Shown here one piece after another: positions 16,275 to 27,149 of a stretch of DNA of 64,000 nucleotides. Every line of letters begins with the position of its first letter. Position 1 is the first letter of the stretch. The notes beneath the pieces were generated by a model. It saw nothing but the letters and a program-made list of their open reading frames with translations. It was not told the DNA's origin and did not search any database. Where the stretch lies: the NCBI RefSeq assembly GCF_009914755.1, contig NC_060928.1; one strand, 5' to 3'. The stretch is from the human T2T-CHM13v2.0 reference genome, Homo sapiens. The position numbers and the translations under genes are program-made.

Positions 16275-16575
16275 GGCCAGGTATGGTGGCTCGCGCCTAT
16301 AATCCCAGCTCTTTGGAAGGCCGAGGTGGGCAGATCACCTGAGGTCGGGAGTTCGAGACCAGCCTGACCAACATGGAGAAACCCCCATCTCTGCAAAAAA
16401 TACAAAATGAGCTAGGTGTGGTGGCACATGCCTGTAATGACAGCTACTCGGGAGGCTGAGCCAGGAGAATTGTTTGAACCCGGGAGGCGGAGGTTGCGAT
16501 GAGCCGAGATCGTGCCATTGACTCCAGCCTGGGCAAAAAGAGCAAAACTCCGTCTCAAAAAAAAAAAAAAAAAAG
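16275..16575 (+). mobile_element. Alu (AluSp/Sq-like)
   Basis: Alu dimer with ctgaccaacatggagaaaccc; poly-A. Confidence 0.95.
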
Positions 16576-17169
16576 AATGAAATTGTAATGGGAATAGCAA
16601 ATAGATTTCATCTTTTATGCCGACTCTAATGAATTGGTAGTGACTGTCTAGATTAATATGTTGAGAAGAAGAATCAAATTAGAGGTTTAATAGAACCTAG
16701 ACCCTCATTCTGGGTTCTATAAACTCCTTGGCTCAGAGATGAACACAAAAACGCCAAATGAGTTCAAAATGAGATTTCTAGAGAAAAGTGGACCACTATC
16801 CTAGAAGAGAAAATGCCAGACTTGGTTTAAGTTAAGCTTTAAATCTAGCTGGATTGCTTTTCTCTCCATGGAAGATGGTTCTTTGAGTTATATTCCCTCT
16901 TTCCTCATATGCAAAGCCATGGTGTTGTACCACATATTCATGGAAGCTTTTTACAGCTATCCTTTGAGTGTATCCAGAAATCCCTACTGATGAGATGAGT
17001 AATCTGGGTTGTGTCCTGGGGCCACTGAGAAGGTTGAGAGACATTTCCAGATGCCTGGGTGATTGCATGAAGGTGGGCGAGGGCACCCATCCTCATCCTT
17101 ATTCCACATGGCGATATGAGGCACAGACTCCAGAGTTAAAGCCTACTGGAAGAAGACTGTAAAATATTT

Positions 17170-17645
17170 TTACTGTACCAAAAATATAAATTTTAAAAAT
17201 TTACCATTTTAACCCATTTCAAGTGTACATTTCAGTGGTGTTATGTCCATTCACAACGTTGCACCAGCATCACCATCCATCTCCAGAACTTTTGCATCAT
17301 CTCAAACAGAAACTCTGTACCCATTAAACAACTCCCAGTGTCCACTTTGCCCTAGCCACTGGTAACCATTTCTATCTCTGTGAATTTACCTATTCTAGGT
17401 GCATCATATGAGTGGAAACATAAAATATTTGTCTTTTTGCATCTGGCTTCTTTAATTTAGGATAATGTTTTCAAGGTTCATCCAAGTTGGAGCAGGTACT
17501 TGTACTTCATTGCTTTTTAAGGCTGAACAATGTTCCATTGCATGGGTAGACCACATTTTGCTTATCTATTCATCTGTGGATGGACACTTGTGTTGCTTCC
17601 CTTTTGGCTATTGTGAATAATGCTGCGACGAACGTTGGTGTGGGA
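17170..17645 (-). mobile_element. L1MB-like 3' UTR fragment
   Basis: catctccagaacttt...ttcaaggttcatcc...ttggctattgtgaataatgctgc. Confidence 0.85.
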
Positions 17646-17954
17646 ATAATACTTTTTGCACCCAGTTCCTGCTTGAAACCTTAGAATCATGACCTCCTTA
17701 GAGGCTACGTAGCACAGCTTCTCATGTTGTAGAGAAGGGAACGATGGCCCAAAAACACCAAACCTCTCGCCAGTGGCAGCCCTAAAAGAAGGCACCAAGG
17801 CCACAGCATCTAAAATGTGGGTTCACCATTTGGTTGAATCTTGGTAAAATGAATTCACCATTTTCGACAATCCATGTTCAGCACGGTTTCTGGCAGATAG
17901 GTATCATATGTCTTTAAAATAACATAACTTACTTTTACTAGATATCCAGTTTTG

Positions 17955-18545
17955 TCAAACCAAGTGGTCCAGTTACGTATTGTTTTATATCAAAGTACCC
18001 TAAAATTGCCATAGAACAGCAACTATTTTGTTATGCTCACCAATGCTTTAAATCAGAAATTTAGGCCAGAAACAGTGAGGATTCCTTATCTCTTTTCCAC
18101 AGTGACCTGAATCCCAGCTAGGGAAACTCAAATAGCTAGAAGCAACTGGAACTGGAACAGCTGGTACTGGAACCACCTGAAAGTGTCTTTACTCATATGT
18201 CTCATGCCTGTGTTAGCATGCCTCAAAGCCTGGCCCAGCTTGGACTGTTGATCATAAACCCACAACTGACCTTTCCACATAATACTGAGCTTCCACACAG
18301 CATAGTGCAATTAGGGTACTCATACTTCTTACTTGGCAGCTCATGGCTCCAAAAATGAGGATTCGAGTGAACAAGGCAGAAATAGCTTGATTTTTCATGA
18401 TCTAGCCTCGGCAGTCACATGACATCATTTTCACTCTATTAGTCAAAGATACACATGCCTGCCCATTTTCAAAGGGAGGGAACGTAAGCCCCACCTCTCA
18501 TGAAGAAAGCATTAATGAATTTGTGGCTGTAATTTAAAACCATAA
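17955..18545. mobile_element. MLT1-type MaLR LTR remnant
   Basis: gcagtcacatgacatcattttcactctattagtc...ccacctctcatgaagaa pattern. Confidence 0.55.
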
Positions 18546-20011
18546 CATTTAGTGAATATTGTCCCCTTGAAGTGGCCCTGTTGGGATGCCTTTTTGGAAA
18601 GCCAACTAGACTCTGCCGAATATCCTTTGGACTTGCTGCTGGTGGTAAGTCTTCACCTTTGAAGGTAGAGCTGACTTGGGGGAACTCGAGTGATGGAGGG
18701 AGATGGAACTCTGGACATTCATGAATCACTTAGTGGAATACCAGTATGTGCTGGGCACTAGGGAGAGGTGCATCAATCTAGGGCTCAATTTTTAGTTAAA
18801 AACAAACAAACTTGAAGGGTGATTTCAGAAACTAATCAGATTGTCTTGTATGTCTAGTGATCAAATACTAGATTTTCCAAAGTACTACCTTAAAGCAACA
18901 TTTATATCTTCAGCAATAACTGTGCCTTCACCCTACCCCAGCCCATGTCTGTGAAAGGTGGCCATCTTGTGGATAGGTAAGTTCTGGTGTGTTTGTTAAA
19001 AACAGCATCTCTCATGATTATGTAAATCATACTCTTCAGGGAGGCAGCAAGTTAACTGGACAAGAAAGATGTGATTCTGTGTGTTTTCTTCTGGATTTAT
19101 CCAAATGGAGCTGGGTAATGGGAAACATGGACTGCGTGTTCTTTCACTCAAGCAAATCACACCAGATCTGTGATTTGTTCTCATGCTAAGGGTTGCACAG
19201 ACTTCCCGAACACGGCCTCGGGACTCTTGTGTTTTAGGTAAGAATGCCTGTTCTGCCGACATTGGCCCTGGTGTCCTCACTTCCTGTCTATTTGGAGCTC
19301 TGTCCTAGAGGGCTGTCGTGTTACTAAGGCAACCAGCAGTCCTCTGTGAAACGTTCCTAATCTTTCCTGTGGAAACACAATTTCTGTCTGTGCTGTGTGA
19401 TCCAACTTTTTACATTAGCCCATAGAATTTTAGCAGTGCTCAGGTTGAAGAGGCTAATTTCTACCTCCCAAACTAAGTGATACCCCAGAAGACAGACCAA
19501 CGGGGAGAGTGTACAGGGATGGTAAACCCACACTTCCTGCCCCACCCTAAAAGTACTTGTCATCCCTGTGCTTTTCAAGAGAGCCCAGACTACCTCACAC
19601 CTTCAGAGGACATTATGTCCTCTGAAGTCTTGGAGATCCACCTCTCCAAGAGAACTGTTTAATTTGACTATGTCTTCAACCACACCAACTAGGATCCTTA
19701 TCCCTTCCTGTCTCTTAAAGGTGATAGAGTGGTCCAACCAATGTTCTGGGTATTATCCCTAAATGAAATAGGAGTCCCAGAAAACAAACAACTGGCAGTG
19801 TCAAGGGATGCCCTTTTCTAAGAAGGCCATCTAGCCAGCATGTTAGCCTGAGCCCTTGGCCTGTTGTGGTACCTCTAGAAAAAGATGTATTGCTGTAATA
19901 AGGGCACTGGGGTAAGAATAGAGTCCTGCCTGGCCTTACTCCACAACAGTTCATCCAAACACACAATGACATATGTGTTCATCTGAACACACAATAAAAA
20001 TTGATGTGGAA

Positions 20012-20325
<314 letters not shown>

Positions 20326-20624
20326 AAGTTGATGTGAAGACACATCAATGAAATGTGTGTCCATCTGAATGTACAATGAAAATTGATGTGAACACACATC
20401 AGTGAAATGGCAATCATAACACTGACTTCACACGGTTGCTTTTAAAGTCCTTTGTAATCTTTGGTGCATTCTACAAGTTTTATTTAAATCTATAGGACTG
20501 TTCATCTTAAGGAAAGTATTAGCAAAGTTTTCTAAGGAAAAAAACAAGACAAAACCCCCAAAAGTTGTTTTTACAATTTAAACCTTCCAAAGAACAGGAT
20601 AGTTGTGATTCTCATAGGCCTACC

Positions 20625-21032
20625 TGTTGGGGTGATCAGACCCAACACCAGGTCATGGGGGTGACAAAGTCCGGCAGAGTCAAAGGATTGAGAAAAAGAC
20701 AGTTTGAGAGAGAAAGGTGGGACCAGGGGGCCATCACTAGTGTATGGAGGCTGCGAAGTCCCCGAGCTGTGGGAGTCCATACTATTTATTGGTAATCCAA
20801 CAAAGAAACAGGTGGTGAGAACGTGGAAGTCAAAAGGGCAGGTGCATGATCTACAGCTGTGATGGTTTAGCATGTATAAGGAACATGTTCTGCTACTTGA
20901 GATAATGGGAATACGAGCCTAGGAGGGCTAGCAGCAAGGAGCCAGCAAGTCTAGACACATTTCAGAGGACATTATGTCAGTCATGCAAGCCCTGCCTCAG
21001 TCTTTTTCCCAACACTCAGCCTTTTCCCAACA
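20625..21032 (-). mobile_element. 3' LTR (LTR14A-like, 408 bp)
   Basis: Close copy of 24265-24674; AATAAA on the minus strand (tttatt at about 20785). Confidence 0.93.
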
Positions 21033-21051
21033 TGCCCCATTTCTCTTTTTT
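21033..21051 (-). promoter_or_regulatory. Polypurine tract
   Basis: Minus strand aaaaaagagaaatggggca abuts the 3' LTR. Confidence 0.85.
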
Positions 21052-21499
21052 GAAAACGAGAAGGTATCGTTATTACTATCCTTATTACTAGCATAAAAGG
21101 TGGCCTCTTTTAATTGAGCAAGACGATTGCAGGCTGTGCAGCCCTTAATTGCCAGTTGGTGATCCAGCTTCATTTTTCTTAGCTCTTATTGAAACTGGAG
21201 TCGCTCTGGTTTGAATACTTCCCACATATCTCCCCTTTCCCTTTCACAAGAGGACCCTTAATCCTAGGGGCTGCAGAAGGATGAAGGTCCGTCTTCTGTA
21301 ACTTCTTCATGCTGAATAGGGGTGATGATATTCCTGCCCAACTATTAGGGTCTCTTGTATTCAGGGTAGAGGGGAGCTGAGTCACAAAGCATTGGTCTAT
21401 TAAACATCGTGATTCTGGTCGGTCCTCATTCCTTCTTTGCATTCAGATTCAACTGGCTCATGGCTTGTACTGGGGGGACCCGGTCCAAGGTTGGGATCT

Positions 21500-22020
21500 A
21501 TGGGTCCCTCCAGTCTCCCATTCCATGGTCATACACATCTTGAGGGCATCCACACAGTTCATTCATCTCCTGCAAAAACACAAGCATAACCTCACCCCCA
21601 CGTTAGTAAATCTACTGAAACAGAAGCAAAAACTTTCGTGGCTGTAGCTGGGAGACCACTGATAATGAGAAATAGGCCCCTTCTAACAGAAGGCACAGGG
21701 AAAGCAAATCAAGGCTTTTCAAAACTTCAATTAGCATTGTACAGGTGGGTCCACTAGATGCTATGGCTCATGATAGATCTTCAGATGTTTGGTGGGCACC
21801 CACACAGGCACCTAATTGTCACCTGGAGATACACAAGCAAATCCTCTTTGCCATATAATTATCTTTCCTTTTTCCCAGCTCTTTGTTTGTGACCATATCT
21901 TTTTCTAAGGCCTGCGGCATTAAGATGAGTTAAAGAATGGAATGCTTGTGCATCAGCAGAGACTGCAGACACCAGTGCATCCACCCTTTGATTAAGTTTA
22001 GTTAAAGGACCAAAAGGTCC
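21500..22020 (-). pseudogene. pol: HERV-K pol remnants: RNase H end/integrase N-terminus and two integrase C-terminal segments
   Basis: GPLTKLNQRVDALVS...[16 protein letters not shown]; [38 protein letters not shown]; VDLLTWG*GYACVFAGDE*TVWMPSRCV*PW. Confidence 0.82.
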
Positions 22021-22159
22021 TGTTGGAGAGAAAAGAAAGAGCATTTTTATCCTTACCTCCATCCCCTCTATTCCTTTTATATTTGCCCTCTCAGATTTTG
22101 ATTGGATTTTGAGCCATAGCTAATTTCCATAATTCAGAATGTTCTTGTCTGTTCCTGTA

Positions 22160-22420
22160 AATCTCTGCTAGTCTTTGCTAGTCTCTAGTTTTGTACCTCT
22201 CTAGGGCACTGACCTTATATTGCTAGTCTTTGCTTTTGTACTTCTTTAGGGCACTGATCAGTACCTCTTTAGGGCACTGACCTTATATTGCTAGTCTTCA
22301 TCTATCTCTCTATTTATCTCCATCTCTCTACTTAACTCTGTCTCTACTTATCTCTACCTATTTATCTCTATCTCTATCTCTATATTTATCTCCCTTATCT
22401 CTACTTGCTTAGTTCTACTT
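22160..22420. repeat. Local duplications plus a degenerate TCTCTA/TTATC low-complexity tract at the TRPC6-pol junction
   Basis: tagggcactgaccttatattgctagtctt occurs twice, plus a partial third copy; tatctctac-like units at 22300-22420. Confidence 0.8.
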
Positions 22421-22900
22421 ACTTAGCTCTACATCTTTCCTGGAAACCTTTTTTATGACCCTGAGTAGAGCTCAGAAATCTACCCTTTAAGCTTCAGCAA
22501 GAGACAAAACAGGGACCCTGGACCTGGTACCAGATTGAAAGGAACAGGAAGTGCTCTCCCCTCCCCAAAGCAGGAAAACCAGAGTTTGGCCCTTGCAGAT
22601 TTCCACTCCACATCAGCGTCATCCTCAATTTCCTGGAATGAATTGTTGATCATGGCAATTAAGATATTTAGCAAAACAATGACCATTGTAACATTATAGA
22701 CTCCATAAAGAACATAACCAATGTTTTCAATGAATTTGTGGTTATCATTGTAACCACTGATTTCACTTCAGAAAGTCCACATATAGCCCAGAACAGTGTC
22801 TTAAAACTCTGTTGTGAAGGCTTCATTTTGTCTTGCACCAATGTAGGAGAAGAGGTTGAACATTCCCATCATAAAGACCACAAACAGCACAATGAACACA
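22420..22900 (-). pseudogene. TRPC6: Intronless TRPC6 mRNA fragment (S5, pore, S6, TRP box) captured in the provirus
   Basis: Minus-strand translation across frameshifts: [22 protein letters not shown] / [19 protein letters not shown] / [73 protein letters not shown]...LLLKLK / GHKKGFQE. Matches TRPC6; frameshifts and a stop make it a pseudogene. Confidence 0.93.
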
Positions 22901-23109
22901 TTCAGCCCATATCATGCCTGTGTGCTCGTTAAATCTGTTTTTCTCTAGCAGAGGCAGGTTAACCATGAAACTGAAGCTTCAAGATGACTTTACTTGCCCT
23001 ACGCAAAGCAGCCTGTGATTTATTTTTTCCGGGACTACTGCCAACCAGGCCTGTGTGTCAATCTGTAAGCATGCAACAGCAGGTCTACTGTACATGTAGG
23101 TCTTTTGTC

Positions 23110-23480
23110 AGACACTTGATTAACCCAACATACAGCCTCTCCTGTTGGATTAGTACTACCAAAGCCTCCTGTTCTTTTCACCAAGCTGCTTCCCAGCTTT
23201 ATGTCAACAACTGAGCAATTCTTTCTCCTAGGGAAGCAGACCACAGAGTTGAGGAACTAATAACTAATTGAATTTCTCTGGTATAATCAGAACCAATCAT
23301 TCCCGTATGCAGAGTGACACCTCTAGCTCTTTCAAGTAGTAGACCGACTTCCTGAGGACAAGAGTTCCCCAGCTCCTGTGGGGACCCTCTCTGGTGGCTC
23401 CCCAGGAAGCAGGGAAACGGGGAACTGTGCTGCAAAGGTTCACAGCAGCAATGCCCGCTGCAGCGGGAAACAATTGTTGC
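23110..23480 (-). pseudogene. Betaretroviral dUTPase remnant (N-terminal part of pro)
   Basis: AAAGIAAVNLCS; GVTLHTGMIGSDYTREIQLV (motif III); KRTGGFGST (motif V); frameshifted. Confidence 0.88.
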
Positions 23481-24116
23481 CGTTTGTAAGGGCCCTGGCT
23501 GTGCCAGATATGCCTCGGTTTATTGAGATGCTCTCTAAATAAACAAGCCTCAGATTCCACTGGGTCTTCATACTACCAATTGCTCCAGGTTTTAATGTTG
23601 CAACTACAGGAAAGGTAAGTTTTGCAGCTAATTCATTTACTTGCCCATTAAGGGGAGAGAGAGGAGGTGGCCATTCACTTAATTCAGCAGGTGGAGCCCA
23701 CGGGCTACTAAAAAATACTTTTTTCAGATTCCCTTTGTTTTCTTTAATTTCCTCCATTTCCTGTTCCTCACATTCAGAATCTGAAGTTTGTTTTTACACT
23801 CGTCCTCCTCTTCTTCATCTGAATCTGCCTCATCATCCGTTTGAAATGGCTCAAGAGCTGCTTCTGTTAGTGCCCACATTGACCAAACTGAGACTAGAAT
23901 TTTTGCTCCATCTTTATACACTTTTTAAAAATCTCTGCCAATTCTCTCCCATTCATCCAGCTCCATAGTCCCTTGTTCTGGGAACCATGAGCAAAACTGC
24001 CTTACTGCGCTAAAGAGTGAGTGATAAATTCTGAGCACTAACTTTCATTCCCCCTCTTTGTAATAATGCCTTAGGAAATTTAAACAAGCAGAATGTCTGC
24101 TTTCACTTTGTCCCTT
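23480..24116 (-). pseudogene. gag: HERV-K gag 5' part (matrix region); start codon mutated, capsid/nucleocapsid deleted
   Basis: AAG-GGA-CAA-AGT-GAA-AGC corresponds to (M)GQSES; GAKILVSVWSMWAL..AALEPFQ; EWPPPLSP. Confidence 0.8.
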
Positions 24117-24242
24117 TGTTACCCTGGTTCTTGTGAGTGCTCAGCTTTCCAGCCAAGCTTCTTTTCGACATCCTCAGGTGTCCTTTGATGAGGCATCCTT
24201 TGCTTTCACATGCTCTGGTATTCCTTCACCAGGATCTTTGTT

Positions 24243-24260
24243 GCCCCACATTGGGCGCCA
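24243..24260 (-). promoter_or_regulatory. Primer-binding site complementary to the tRNA-Lys(CTT) 3' end
   Basis: Minus strand TGGCGCCCAATGTGGGGC, one mismatch to TGGCGCCCAACGTGGGGC, 4 nt after the 5' LTR. Confidence 0.92.
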
Positions 24261-24264
24261 GAAA

Positions 24265-24674
24265 TGTTGGGGTGATCAGACCCAACACCAGGTCGTGGGG
24301 GTGACAAAGTCCGGGGGAGTCAAAGGATTGAGAAAAAAGACAGTTTGAGAGAGAAAGGTGGCACCAGGGGGCCATCGCTAGTGTGTGGAGGCTGCGAAAT
24401 CCCTGACTCTGGGAGCCCATGCTATTTATTGGTAATCCAACAAAGAAACAGGTGGTGACAATGTGGAGGTCAAAAGGGCAGGCACATGAGCTACAGCTGT
24501 GATGGTTTAGCATTTATAAGGAACATGTTCTGCTACTTGAGATAATGGGAATGCAATCAATCTGGAAGCCTAGGAGGGCTAGAAGCAAGGAGCCAGTTAG
24601 TCTAGACACATTCTGGAGGACATTATGCAAGCCCTGCCTCAGTTTCCCTCCCAACACTCAGCTTTTTCCCAACA
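24265..24674 (-). mobile_element. 5' LTR (LTR14A-like, 410 bp)
   Basis: Direct repeat of 20625-21032; followed by the PBS on the minus strand. Confidence 0.93.
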
Positions 24675-24749
24675 CCTACCAACCTCTGAATATCAGATTC
24701 AGCATGTTTCTCTCTAAAAATCTTAAGTACAGAGGCCAATTCATAAGGA

Positions 24750-25017
24750 TTTTTTTTTTTTTGAGGCAAGATCTCACTAAGTCACCCAGGTTGGAGTGCA
24801 GTGGCACAATCTAGCTCACTGCAACCTCTGCTTCCCAGGCTCAAGAGATCCTCCCACCTCGGCCTCCGCAAGTCACTACACACAGCTCATTTTTCAATTT
24901 TTTGTAGAGTTCTCATAGTATTGCCCAGCCTGGTCTTGAACTCCTGGACTTAAGCAATCCTCTTGCCTCAGTCTCCCAAACTGCTGGGATTATAGGGATG
25001 AGCTACCATGCCTGGCC
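24750..25017 (-). mobile_element. AluJ-type element with internal deletions
   Basis: ggctcaagagatcctcccacc and gaactcctggacttaagcaatcc are AluJ-like. Confidence 0.9.
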
Positions 25018-25614
25018 AGAATTAGCAGTAGCTGAGATTTATGTATTATGTATAGCAACCCGGGAGCTGGCTCAGATGTTATCCTGCAATAAGTACACAA
25101 AGCTGCCTTGAGAATTGGACAGAAAGCACAAGCAGAGACATAGAATATGTGCCAAGCAAACTGGACAAACAATCTGGTAAGTCAGTTTATTTTGAGTCAG
25201 GTGAATCTTTGACATGGGTTAAAAGATATTAAACAAATTATTTTTTAATTTAAAAAAACTGCATAATAATATAAATAAAACCAGCCTACTTGAATCCACT
25301 TAAGAAATACAAATGCTTTCTTAAGTTAGAAGGATCATCTCTTTCCTTGAATATAAAATGAAAGATTAAATTTTTAAAAAGTTTAAAATTAAATTCACTT
25401 ATTACACAATGTTCTTAACGTATATTTTTCCTGGCAGGTAAGGTGAGGTGAAAAGTTCATTTGAACTTAGACTTGAGTTCAAGTTTTAGTTCCAGCAGTG
25501 ATCAGGTGTGTGTACTTTGGCAAATGATTTAACTTTTTAGAGCTTTATATGCTCTGATGCCTATAAAATAGCTTTAATTGTGAAGTGGTTAAATGAGATG
25601 GCATTTATTAAGGT

Positions 25615-25985
25615 CAGAGCTGACTACATATTTTGTCCAGCCCAGTGCAATATAAAAATTCAGGGCCCCTTGTTCAAAAAGCAGGAAAAAAGCTTTCTCC
25701 TCCTCCAATGTTCACTGTCTCCACCTGTCTGGGTATTTTGTGACAAACTCCCTTAGGCACAGATAGATTCATCATAGGGTGGGCAAGTGAAGACCCCAGC
25801 ATGCTCCTCATACCCAGAGAACAGGAGAGCACAGCCAAGAACCCAGCCCAGGGAGGTGGGAGGTAGGATCCAGTGAGTGTAGGCACCAAGCTCCCCTCCC
25901 AGGTGGGCCCCCAATTGTCCCCTGCCCAGGAAGCCAGCCCTGGGCAATGGATGTTCTTATCATAGGGCTCTCCTGGCATTTAGAC
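25615..25985. mobile_element. MER45-type hAT DNA transposon within a MIR remnant
   Basis: cagagctgactacata...cccagtgcaatataaaaattcagggccccttgttcaaaaa matches the MER45 terminus; right end approximate. Confidence 0.65.
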
Positions 25986-26279
25986 ACAGAGATTGAAATG
26001 TTAATTTAGTGTCTCCCACCCGCCAGAGGATTTTGTGAAGATTACAAGAGATAATATGCTTGAAATGTCCTTTGCAAATTGTAAAGCACTCAACAATGTA
26101 AACTATTGTCTTTTAAAATCAAAATTTGTCTGAAACGGATAGCATTTCATTTTCTGCTTAGCAAGGCAGTGACAGAGAAAGTTTGCAGTAAGAGAAAGCT
26201 GCATTTTAATTTTACAAGAGATATTTTTAAAATATCACAGGAGTTTATTGTACAGATTATTTCATCATTCAGGTACTAG

Positions 26280-27032
26280 TGTGTCTGGAATTGGTTCCTT
26301 CTTGTGGGTTCTTGGTCTCGCTGACTTGAGAATGAAGCTGTGGATCCTGGCAGTGAGTGTTACAGTTCTTAAAGATGGTGTGTCCGAAGTTTGTTCCTTC
26401 AGATGTTCAGATGTGTCTGGAGTTTCTTCCTCCTTGTGGATTCATGGTCTCGCTGACTTCAGGAGTGAAGCCACAGACCTTCGCAGTGAGTGTTACAGCT
26501 CTTAAAGGTGGCACATCTGGAGTTGTTTGTTCCTCCTGGTGGGTTTGTGGTCTCGCTGACTTCATGAGTGAAGCTGCAGACCTCCGCAGTGGGTGTTACA
26601 GCTCATAAAGGTAGTGCACACCCAAAGAGCGAGCAGCACCAAGATTTATTGTGAAGAGCAAAAGAGCAAAGCTTCCACAGCGTGGAAGGGGACTCAATCA
26701 GGTTGCCAATGCTGGCTCTGGTGGCCGGCTTTTATTCCCTTATTTGGCCCCGCTCACATCCTGCTGATTGGTCCATTTTACAGAGTGCTGATTGGTCCAT
26801 TTTATAGCATGCTGATTGGTGCATTTTTACAGAGTGCTGATTGGTGCATTTACAAACCTTTAGCTAGACACAGAGTGCTGATTTGTGCATTTTTACAGAG
26901 TGCTGATTGGTGCGTTTACAAACCTTTAGCTAGACACAGAGTGCTCATTGGTGCATTTACAATCCTTTAGCTAGACAGAAAAGTTCTCCAAGTCCCCACC
27001 CGACCCAGAAGCCCAGTTGGCTTCACCTCTCA
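26280..27032 (-). mobile_element. LTR12 (3' LTR of HERV9), 753 bp
   Basis: Minus strand begins TGAGAGGTGAAGCC and ends AATTCCAGACACA; tandem CCAAT repeats; PPT tttagaggggagat at 27033-27046. Confidence 0.95.
26760..26960 (-). promoter_or_regulatory. LTR12 U3 array of CCAAT (NF-Y-type) boxes
   Basis: Six ATTGG copies in gctgattggt-type repeats, plus one mutated copy. Confidence 0.85.
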
Positions 27033-27149
27033 ATCTCCCCTCTAAACAGGACACCCCAACTGCTGTTGGGAATTGGGCAATGACCGCTGTAGCTACTTCC
27101 TGCTGGATAGGGGCAAAGAAGGGACTCTGCAGTTGTAGTGTCCTCCAGA

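Larger units (their letters stand above)
20625..24674 (-). mobile_element. Non-autonomous HERV-K14 (HML-1)-type provirus with LTR14A-like LTRs, carrying a TRPC6 mRNA fragment
   Basis: Direct-repeat LTRs with TG...CA ends; TSD CCTACC at 20619-20624 and 24675-24680; tRNA-Lys PBS; PPT; betaretroviral gag, dUTPase and integrase remnants. Confidence 0.92.

Noticed and set aside
20878-20892. GAACATGTTC p53-type decamer in both LTR14 copies (also at about 24521)
   Set aside because: Single half-site without a convincing partner.
22420-22900. Possible exons of a real TRPC6 gene
   Set aside because: Intronless, frameshifted, contains a stop, is diverged, and lies between two LTRs.
24243-24260. tRNA-Lys 3'-end match considered as a tRNA gene
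   Set aside because: Only 18 nt and adjacent to an LTR: it is the primer-binding site.
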